Source of the DNA: a bacterium
GTDB taxonomy: Bacteria > Bacteroidota > Bacteroidia > Bacteroidales > UBA1402
Length of the DNA stretch: 64,000 nucleotides
Assembly: GCA_963617485.1 (NCBI GenBank)
Contig: CAVEPA010000002.1
Span: forward strand, 111,163-175,162
Direction of reading: 5' to 3'
The first letter of the stretch is position 1; the number at the start of each line of letters is the position of its first letter. Under the pieces are notes generated by a model. It saw only the letters and a list, made by a program, of their open reading frames with translations. It ran no database searches and had not been told where the DNA came from. Of the stretch, positions 56,231 to 63,321 are shown one piece after another. The position numbers and the translations under genes are program-made.

Positions 56231-56695
56231 ATGGAAAATACTTTTGTCAAATATAGAACGCTAACCGATTATATTATCTCTTTGTCAGTATTCCTTCTCG
56301 GCCTAGTACTGATTATGCTTTCCTCTACGGCCGCTATGAACATCGCCGGTGCCATGATTGTCATCCTTGGCGTGGTATTGTTCTTTTCTCTTAGAAGCGC
56401 CTGGAAAGAAGTTGTTACCGGCGATACTTATCATGGCAAGGTGCTGTATTACAACCGCTCTAAAAAACAGGCCATTCTTGATGCGCTCACCAGTGATTTC
56501 TCCAAGATCTCCGAAATAGACCAAGAAGAAAACGCCCAAAAGAGTCTGCGACTGGATGTCTATTACAATGAGGCCAAGGGCAAGTACTACTGCCGTCTGT
56601 ACGAATATATCCCTTACGAGTATGTGCCTCAAACTGAGTTACTTGTCCTCCAAATGGGGGGGGGAGAAAAACCTCTCCGCTATCGTCTCAGGTAA
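56231..56695 (+). CDS. 2-TM membrane protein of unknown function, tandem paralogue 2
   Basis: 154 aa, collinear with paralogue 1. Shared strings include TF.K.R...DY, LRS.WK.V.TGD.Y.G.VLY.N.SKKQA, SLRL..YYN..KGK.YC.LYEY.P.EYVP.TELL and GGG. Its G9 tract is at the equivalent position. Confidence 0.55.
   Translation: MENTFVKYRTLTDYIISLSVFLLGLVLIMLSSTAAMNIAGAMIVILGVVLFFSLRSAWKEVVTGDTYHGKVLYYNRSKKQAILDALTSDFSKISEIDQEENAQKSLRLDVYYNEAKGKYYCRLYEYIPYEYVPQTELLVLQMGGGEKPLRYRLR
56656..56664 (+). repeat. G9 homopolymer near the 3' end of paralogue 2
   Basis: Counted directly: 9 consecutive G at 56656-56664. The first G is the third base of an ATG codon. Confidence 0.95.
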
Positions 56696-56735
56696 ATAGA
56701 ACAATTCGTTAAAAAGGTTCTTAATAACTTCAATA

Positions 56736-57689
56736 ATGATGACATGGATTTATCTTCTGCTCTCGCTGGCGGCTGTTGTCGTAGGAGCGGAAGTCTTGGT
56801 CGATGGCTCTGTGGCCATAGCCAGAAAATTCAAGATTGCAGACTTTATCATTGGTGCCACCATCGTCGGGATAGGAACCTCCTGTCCCGAGTTGGTGGTG
56901 AGCCTTGTAGGAGCAATCGATAACAACGCCGACATCGCCATCGGCAACGTAGTGGGGTCGAATATCTGCAACATCCTGCTCATTTTGGGTATATCGGCAC
57001 TCATCACCCCGCTGCCCATCCTCAAAGAGAATGTTAAGTTCGAATTGCCGTACTGCATAGGTGTTTCGCTTCTGCTTTGTCTGTTGGTCTACGATTTCTT
57101 CACGGCTACTTGCCCCATGCTGGGTCGGCTGGATGGTCTGATACTGTTGGCCGTCTTTGCCGTTTACATGTATCTGTCGCTGCGTAATGGCAAGAAGGGA
57201 ACCACGTCCGGAACTGAACAGCCCGACAAGGCTCCTGTGAAGGAAGTGCATCGGAAGACAATATGGATAGTGCTGGAGATTCTTTTCGGTTTGGCCATCC
57301 TTATCACTGGAAGTCATTTCTTTGTAGATGAAGCGGTAGTCGTAGCCCGTCAGTTGGGTGTGAGCGATGCCTTTATCTCCATTACGGTGCTGGCTGTGGG
57401 AACTTCCCTGCCCGAGCTCGCGGCTTCGGTGGCTTCTGCCGTCAAGAAGAATGCACAATTGGCCCTTGGCAATATTATCGGTTCGAACATCTTCAACATC
57501 AGTTTTATTTTGGGTGTCTGCTCGCAGGTAACGCCTCTAACTGCCGGTGGAATCGGTATTTTCGATTACGGAATGATGATGGTAGCCGCTTTGATGCCTC
57601 TCCTTTTTGCGCTTAAGGGAAGAATCAGCCGTTTCGGCGGAATATTCATGTTGGCTATGTACGTGGCCTACCTGATTTATCTTAAATGA
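56736..57689 (+). CDS. CaCA-family cation/Ca2+ antiporter (YrbG-like), paralogue 2
   Basis: 317 aa with alpha-repeats GTSCPELVVS...GSNICNI and GTSLPELAAS...GSNIFNI. I estimate roughly 40% identity to paralogue 1 by eye. Confidence 0.9.
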   Translation: MMTWIYLLLSLAAVVVGAEVLVDGSVAIARKFKIADFIIGATIVGIGTSCPELVVSLVGAIDNNADIAIGNVVGSNICNILLILGISALITPLPILKENVKFELPYCIGVSLLLCLLVYDFFTATCPMLGRLDGLILLAVFAVYMYLSLRNGKKGTTSGTEQPDKAPVKEVHRKTIWIVLEILFGLAILITGSHFFVDEAVVVARQLGVSDAFISITVLAVGTSLPELAASVASAVKKNAQLALGNIIGSNIFNISFILGVCSQVTPLTAGGIGIFDYGMMMVAALMPLLFALKGRISRFGGIFMLAMYVAYLIYLK

Positions 57690-60600
57690 GAAACTACGCT
57701 TACGCTTGGACGCTTGTGAGTTTGCTGTTTTTAACGGCATGCCGCCCGCAGGTGTCTGAGTTGTACGCGTCTTTTCGTCAGATTCCCGACCCAACGCGCA
57801 CCAAGGTCTGGTGGTTTCACGGCGAGGGCCCGACCACCCGTTATGGTATTACGGCCGACCTTGAAGCTTTCAAGCGCGCTGGTGTGGGCGGTGTTGTCTA
57901 TTACGATCAGGTGCACGGCAAGGCTGTAGGTGCGGATAGTGTTTTTTCACGCTCTTGGTGGGAGAACTTGATTTTTGCTGCCTCAGAGGCCAAGCGCCTT
58001 GGTTTGAGTTTTGAGATTAACCTATCTAACGGCTATGTGGCCGGCGGCCCTTGGATAAGCAAAGCCATGAGTATGAAAAGGCTCTGCTATAGCCAGCTGA
58101 GAATTGCTCCCGGCCAAAGTGTAGATGGGGTGTTGCCTCGTCCTTGTTCCGATGAGTTCTGGGATGTCGCAACGCTTGCCTTTCCTGTGCCGGCCAAGGT
58201 GTCGTGGCAGGAGAAAACGCTCATTGCCAAGCGCACGCTCTTGGAGCGCCCCACTTGTCTCTCTTTCGATTTTGGGCAGCCTTTTACGGCGCGTTCCATT
58301 ACCTATAACGAATACAATAGCGCTAAACATCCCACGCTGTGCATGAATGTGCCAGGGCCGCCCTCGGACGGTTTTTATGGTGATGGCTATGAGGAGTATC
58401 CTCCCATTGGCGCGCTCGAGGCTAGCGATGATGGTATTCATTATAGGCGTATTTGTTCTTTGCCTACACTTTACCGTATTCATTACCGCGAGAAAACTAT
58501 TGCCTTCCCGGCGGTGACTGCGCGATATTTCCGCTTGAACCTGCAGGGTTGGAACCCACCCGGCAAGCAACGTCGTTTGGATTTGCGCAAGGTGGTGCTT
58601 GCCGACCAAGCCAAGACTGAATCTTGGCAGAGCCGCTCCGGTTTGATGAGCGAATATCTTACCGACAACGCTACGCCCTGCTATACTTCCGATGAAATCG
58701 TCCATTCTGAAGAGATTGTCAATTTGAGTCATTGTCTGTCGGCCGATGGACATCTGGCTTGGACGGCTCCCGATGACGGACGGGAATGGGTTGTTCTCCG
58801 AGTGGCTCAAACCTCTACCAATGCGCGTACTAAGCATGGCCGTCCCGGACAGATGGGTCTGGAATGTGACAAACTTTCGGCCGAAGCGGCTGTTTTGCAA
58901 TGGAATAGTTTTGCGCAGGTGATTATTGATACTTTGGCACGGCACGGGCTGAAGCCTTGTGGTGTGGTTATGGATAGTCACGAAACGGGTAGTCAGAATT
59001 GGACGCAACATTACGCAGAAGAGTTTTCCGCTCTGCAGGGCTATCGCATCGAACCTTGGTTGCCTGCTCTTCTGGGTTTTGTGGTTGATTCCAAAGAAAA
59101 GACCGAGGAACTGCTTTTCCGCCATCGACAAACGCTGTCATATTTGGTAACCCATCGCTATTTTGCCGTCCTCGACAGCATGGCTCATCGCTCCGGTGTC
59201 CGCCTGACAGCCCAAGCGATGGGAAATGCGCAGCACATGATTTGCGACAATATTGCAGCCAAAGGAGCCGTGACCTGTCCGCAAGGTGAGTTTTGGGCCA
59301 AACACAAGGATGCTTGTTACGATATCAAGGAGGCATCATCGGCTGCGCATCTGTATGGTAAACCGATTGCTTCGTCCGAGGCTTTTACCGATGCCAAGTA
59401 TAGCCAGAAACTCTCCTATCTGAAAACCTTGGCTGATTATGCTTTCTCTTTTCAGCTGAACGAACTGGTGGTGTGCGCCAGTGCTTATCAGGCCGATGCC
59501 CAGGCTCCCGGTAATACAGCAAACGGACGCGAATATTGCTTGAACCGACACAACACGATGTGGCCGCTCAGTGCGGGCTTTTGGGATTATCTGGCGCGTT
59601 GTTCCTATATGCTGCGTCAAGGCGAGGCGGTGGTGGACTTGTGCGTTTATATGGGCAGTGATGTTCCAGTCAAGTTGTTGTCGCACCGCCTGCCCGTCAT
59701 ACCGGAGGGCTATGCCTGGGATGTGTGCACCGATGATGCACTGTTGAATGTTCTTCGCCTAGAACCTCTTGCGTCTGGGCAGGGCCTGCCTCGCTTGCGC
59801 TCGGCAGGCCGCAACTCTTACGCAGCCCTGGTGGTGGAACGGCTGGCCCGATTAAGCCCTGAGGCAGAAGAAAGAATTGCTGCATGGAAGGAGGCCGGCC
59901 TGCCAGTGTACGACGCCCGCTTCGCGGGCGACTTTTCGCTCCAGCATTTTCTCGATTCCATCGCTCTGCCACCCGACCTTGACTTTGTTTCGGCAGGCCG
60001 GCCTGATGACTGCCTGATGTTTGCTCATCGCCGTGTGGCTGCTGCCACGTCCGCTCAGAACGTTGATATATATTTTCTCAACAACCATAGTCCTAAAAGC
60101 TTCTGCCAGAATGTTCTTTTCCGCGGCTCGGATGGCAAGTTGGCCGAATATTGGAATCCGGACAATGGCCAGCGCTATAGGCTGTCACAAACTTACGATG
60201 AAAACGGACTTTTGAGTGTTCGCATTGCCCTAGCTCCCGATGAGGCTGGTTTTGTGGTGTTGCGCTCGTCCAAGGCTATGCCCCAAGCAAGGTTGCTGCG
60301 CACTGCGGGTCAGACAGAAAATATTTGCACGCTGGATACAGCCTGGCAGCTTGCTTTTCTGCTGGGAAACAACGATACGGTCTCCGTCTTTATGCCGCAG
60401 CTTTGTGATTGGACCAGTCTCGAATCTGAAGCCTTGAAATATCATTCCGGTCGCGCCTTGTACCGACGCTCTTTCGACCTTGCATCGCTAAACGATACTG
60501 TCCGTCCGGACGGGGGTCGCCGCTGTTATCTGCGCATTGAAGGTCTTGAAGCGGTTTCGCGACTGAGCCTGAACGGGCAGGATGCCGGCTATCTTTGGTG

Positions 60601-60814
60601 TGCCCCCTGGGAAGTGGAGATAACAGACCTATTACGTCCTGGTGTCAATGACTTGGAAATAGAAGTGGCCAATCAGCTGAACAATAGAATGATAGGAGAC
60701 CTGTTGCTGCCCGAGGAGCTGCGCAGCACCTCGGCATCCACTCCGATTGTCCACACGGACGATGCCTTGCTGCCGGCGGGTATTACGGGTTCGGTGAGCC
60801 TGGTGTGGCGATAA
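57686..60814 (+). CDS. Large lipoprotein glycoside hydrolase, GH106-like (candidate alpha-L-rhamnosidase)
   Basis: 1042 aa with a lipobox (LLFLTAC). The N-terminal block is TKVWWFHGEGPTTRYGITADLEAFKRAGVGGV. The C-terminal jelly-roll block is LSLNGQDAGYLWCAPWEVEITDLLRPGVNDLEIEVANQLNNRMIGD. Both match my recollection of GH106 family proteins. The ATG overlaps the antiporter stop (ATGA). Confidence 0.6.
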   Translation: MRNYAYAWTLVSLLFLTACRPQVSELYASFRQIPDPTRTKVWWFHGEGPTTRYGITADLEAFKRAGVGGVVYYDQVHGKAVGADSVFSRSWWENLIFAASEAKRLGLSFEINLSNGYVAGGPWISKAMSMKRLCYSQLRIAPGQSVDGVLPRPCSDEFWDVATLAFPVPAKVSWQEKTLIAKRTLLERPTCLSFDFGQPFTARSITYNEYNSAKHPTLCMNVPGPPSDGFYGDGYEEYPPIGALEASDDGIHYRRICSLPTLYRIHYREKTIAFPAVTARYFRLNLQGWNPPGKQRRLDLRKVVLADQAKTESWQSRSGLMSEYLTDNATPCYTSDEIVHSEEIVNLSHCLSADGHLAWTAPDDGREWVVLRVAQTSTNARTKHGRPGQMGLECDKLSAEAAVLQWNSFAQVIIDTLARHGLKPCGVVMDSHETGSQNWTQHYAEEFSALQGYRIEPWLPALLGFVVDSKEKTEELLFRHRQTLSYLVTHRYFAVLDSMAHRSGVRLTAQAMGNAQHMICDNIAAKGAVTCPQGEFWAKHKDACYDIKEASSAAHLYGKPIASSEAFTDAKYSQKLSYLKTLADYAFSFQLNELVVCASAYQADAQAPGNTANGREYCLNRHNTMWPLSAGFWDYLARCSYMLRQGEAVVDLCVYMGSDVPVKLLSHRLPVIPEGYAWDVCTDDALLNVLRLEPLASGQGLPRLRSAGRNSYAALVVERLARLSPEAEERIAAWKEAGLPVYDARFAGDFSLQHFLDSIALPPDLDFVSAGRPDDCLMFAHRRVAAATSAQNVDIYFLNNHSPKSFCQNVLFRGSDGKLAEYWNPDNGQRYRLSQTYDENGLLSVRIALAPDEAGFVVLRSSKAMPQARLLRTAGQTENICTLDTAWQLAFLLGNNDTVSVFMPQLCDWTSLESEALKYHSGRALYRRSFDLASLNDTVRPDGGRRCYLRIEGLEAVSRLSLNGQDAGYLWCAPWEVEITDLLRPGVNDLEIEVANQLNNRMIGDLLLPEELRSTSASTPIVHTDDALLPAGITGSVSLVWR

Positions 60815-60859
60815 GACGTTCGGCCCAGCCGCAGCAAGAATTGCAATGAAAACCGAGTG

Positions 60860-60896
60860 CAAAAAAAGCAAGAGAACACTTGCGTGTTCACTTGCT
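60860..60896 (-). terminator. Intrinsic terminator immediately downstream of tRNA-Arg(TCT)
   Basis: A 13-bp stem with one mismatch (AGCAAGTGAACAC/GTGTTCTCTTGCT on the minus strand), a 4-nt loop, then a T7 run. Confidence 0.75.
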
Positions 60897-60899
60897 TCG

Positions 60900-60973
60900 T
60901 GATCCGGTTGGGATTCGAACCCAAGACCTACAGCTTAGAAGGCTGTTGCTCTATCCAGCTGAGCTACCGGACC
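60900..60973 (-). tRNA. tRNA-Arg (anticodon TCT)
   Basis: Hand-folded 74-nt cloverleaf: acceptor GGTCCGG/CCGGATC, anticodon loop CTTCTAA, T-arm TTGGG-TTCGAAT-CCCAA. Confidence 0.92.
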
Positions 60974-60997
60974 GAACCTTCATTACTTTTGCGGGCG

Positions 60998-61005
60998 CAA
61001 AGGTA
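60998..61005 (-). promoter_or_regulatory. -7 promoter element (TACCTTTG) for tRNA-Arg(TCT)
   Basis: Plus-strand caaaggta, 25 nt upstream of the tRNA 5' end. Confidence 0.45.
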
Positions 61006-61028
61006 AGCGATTTTTGTAAAATATCAAA

Positions 61029-62357
61029 CTATTTCTCAGACACTTGTTTCTGAAGCAGTTCCCATTCGCAGGCGGCCAAAGAAAAAGATCCGATGGCTTT
61101 GCCCTCGTTTTGGGTAATGCCGGTGTCCTTACCGCAGAGATAGTAATTGATGGTGCCGGTACGGCTCAAATCTTTGGCTGGACCCAGACCAGCCGAGGCG
61201 CAGGTTTGGATAATATTGACGCTTCCATCGGGGTTTTCGGTGATGAAATTGAACAACAGACCGGCCCAGGCCTTTTCCGCAACAGGCAGGTAGGTGTCCC
61301 GGTCGAGCAGGCCAAGTCGTATACCTTTAAGGAAAGCGTAGGTGAACATGCCCGAGGCTGAGGCCTCCAGATAGTTGGGCTTGGTGCCTACATTGTAGCG
61401 CTTGCCGTTGCTGGCCAAATCGCCGATGCCATCGGCCATGGTGTTCTCATCGTACTGCAGCAGCTGGAACCAACTTCCGCTTTCGTGCTGCCAACGGGCC
61501 AAACCGGCGGCCACTTCACGGTAGTTCTTGAGCAGTTTTTTATAATCCTTATGGTGCTTGGGCATTACTTCCAAAACATCGGTCAAGGCGGCAAAATACC
61601 AACCTTCTCCGCGAGCCCAAAACTCTTTGGAACAACCCGGGAAAGGCTTGTTGTCGTTGGCCCAGAAAGAATTTTCGTCAGCGGGATTGGCCGACCATGC
61701 ATGATAGTTCAGCTGTTTGTCCTTGTCCCAAGTATAGCGGTGTATGGTCTTGAATTGCAGTGCAATATCGCTCCAATCGGCAGCCTTGCCGCCATGGTTG
61801 AAGGTGGCTTCGTACCCGGCTAGAAACGCGGCGCCCATGTACAGGCCGTCCAGCCACATCTGATACGGGTATTTTCCTTTGTGGATAAAGCAGCCGGCCC
61901 CTTTCATCTTCTTGGGAATGCGCGTATGCACCGTCTTCAACTTATGATACATATAGGTGGCGGCTTGACGGTATTTCTCGGCCGAGGCCACATCGCCCTT
62001 CTGCATACTTACCGTATAAAGGTCGAAAAAAATCTTGCCGGCATTGATGGCGTCGATGTCGTTGTCGGGAACCTTGATGGGAGTTTGGGCATCGCCTGTC
62101 AGCTGGCGGTCTGCGTAGGCCTTGACGGCTTCCCAATAGGCCTCTTTTTCGGGATACTGCCGATAAGTGACCAGCACGCTCTTGGCGACCAATCCTGGCA
62201 CGTAACTGAAATCGGCCTCGTTGAGCGAAGAAGTTTTCTTGTTGTTGGTAAAGCTCTGAAGACTAAGAGATTCTGTCATTCGTTGTGAATAGGGGGCTTG
62301 GGCAAAAAGCGTGCAGAAGACACCCGTAAACAGCGCAAGTACTAAGGTTCGTTTCAT
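61029..62357 (-). CDS. Secreted Glyco_hydro_88-fold enzyme (GH105/GH88 unsaturated rhamnogalacturonyl/glucuronyl hydrolase)
   Basis: 442 aa with a signal peptide. Contains MWLDGLYMG, FWARGEGW and EASASGMFTYAFLKG blocks. Confidence 0.8.
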   Translation of the reverse strand: MKRTLVLALFTGVFCTLFAQAPYSQRMTESLSLQSFTNNKKTSSLNEADFSYVPGLVAKSVLVTYRQYPEKEAYWEAVKAYADRQLTGDAQTPIKVPDNDIDAINAGKIFFDLYTVSMQKGDVASAEKYRQAATYMYHKLKTVHTRIPKKMKGAGCFIHKGKYPYQMWLDGLYMGAAFLAGYEATFNHGGKAADWSDIALQFKTIHRYTWDKDKQLNYHAWSANPADENSFWANDNKPFPGCSKEFWARGEGWYFAALTDVLEVMPKHHKDYKKLLKNYREVAAGLARWQHESGSWFQLLQYDENTMADGIGDLASNGKRYNVGTKPNYLEASASGMFTYAFLKGIRLGLLDRDTYLPVAEKAWAGLLFNFITENPDGSVNIIQTCASAGLGPAKDLSRTGTINYYLCGKDTGITQNEGKAIGSFSLAACEWELLQKQVSEK

Positions 62358-62408
62358 GAGAAAGGCAGCTAAGAATCACAATGAGCCGTAAAAATAGGAA
62401 TTAATTTG

Positions 62409-62416
62409 TACTTTTG
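62409..62416 (+). promoter_or_regulatory. -7 promoter element (TACTTTTG) for fabD
   Basis: tacttttg lies 48 nt upstream of the ATG at 62464. Confidence 0.5.
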
Positions 62417-62463
62417 CGCCGAATTATCCACAAACGAGGAAATTATTTAATCATCAAAAAACT

Positions 62464-63321
62464 ATGAAAGCATTTGTTTTTCCCGGACAGGGAGCCCAGT
62501 TTGTAGGCATGGGCAAGGATCTTTACGAGAATTCTCCTTTGGCCAAGGAACTTTTTCTGAAGGCCAACGATATTTTGGGTTTTGACATTACCGCACTGAT
62601 GTTTGAGGGTACTCCCGAGGACCTCAAGCAGACCAAGGTAACGCAGCCTGCAGTTTTTCTTCATTCAGTGATTTCGGCCAAGGCCCTGGGCGCAGATTTC
62701 CAGCCTGATATGGTAGCCGGTCACTCCTTGGGCGAGTTTTCTGCCCTGACGGCTGCCGGGGCGCTGAGCTTCGAAGATGGTCTGACCTTGGTGTCGAAAC
62801 GAGCCAAAGCCATGCAGAAAGCTTGTGAAATGCAGCCCTCTACCATGGCGGCTGTACTTGGCCTTGCCGATGAAGTTGTAGAGAATGTTTGTGCCGGCAT
62901 TACCGAAGAAGTGGTGGTGGCCGCCAATTACAATTGCCCTGGGCAAATAGTTATTTCGGGTACGCATGCGGGCATAGCGCTGGCTAGTGAGCAGCTGAAG
63001 GCCGCCGGTGCCAAGCGCGTTCTTCCTTTGGCCGTAGGTGGAGCCTTCCATTCACCCATTATGGAACCTGCTCGTCAGGAATTGGCTCAGGCTATCGAGG
63101 CTACACCCATTGTCGCACCTATTTGCCCCGTTTATCAGAACGTTGATGCCAAGCCTTATCGCGACCCCGCCCTTATCAAGGCCAACCTGGTTGCCCAGCT
63201 GACATCTCCCGTGCGTTGGACACAATCGGTGAAGAACATGATTGCCGATGGGGCCGAAGAGTTTGTCGAACTGGGTCCGGGTCAAGTGCTGACCGGCCTG
63301 ATTGCCAAAATCAGAAAATGA
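62464..63321 (+). CDS. fabD: [Acyl-carrier-protein] S-malonyltransferase
   Basis: Starts MKAFVFPGQGAQFVGMG, with the active site GHSLGEFSAL and GAFHSP. Confidence 0.93.
   Translation: MKAFVFPGQGAQFVGMGKDLYENSPLAKELFLKANDILGFDITALMFEGTPEDLKQTKVTQPAVFLHSVISAKALGADFQPDMVAGHSLGEFSALTAAGALSFEDGLTLVSKRAKAMQKACEMQPSTMAAVLGLADEVVENVCAGITEEVVVAANYNCPGQIVISGTHAGIALASEQLKAAGAKRVLPLAVGGAFHSPIMEPARQELAQAIEATPIVAPICPVYQNVDAKPYRDPALIKANLVAQLTSPVRWTQSVKNMIADGAEEFVELGPGQVLTGLIAKIRK

Noticed and set aside
3325-59131. Many long ORFs lie antisense to confidently assigned genes. Examples are 3325-5073 (+, 582 aa), 11225-12502 (-, 425 aa), 14658-16352 (-, 564 aa), 17021-18193 (-, 390 aa), 20754-21809 (-, 351 aa), 22310-23587 (+, 425 aa), 25446-26441 (+), 28149-29303 (-), 32508-33626 (+), 41989-43119 (+) and 58022-59131 (-).
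   Set aside because: Each lies entirely opposite a gene with clear family motifs. Their translations are low-complexity and rich in V, G, H, A, D and R, with no recognisable domains, signal peptides or promoter motifs. Codon bias on the true strand suppresses stop codons in the antisense frame and produces such shadow ORFs.
60984-61005. The near-palindrome TACTTTTGCG-GG-CGCAAAGGTA between GH105/88 and tRNA-Arg(TCT), which might be a terminator or a bidirectional promoter.
   Set aside because: No T-run follows it on either strand, so it is not a convincing terminator. The plus-strand TACTTTTG has no downstream plus-strand gene before 62464. The minus-strand copy is adequately explained as the tRNA promoter.
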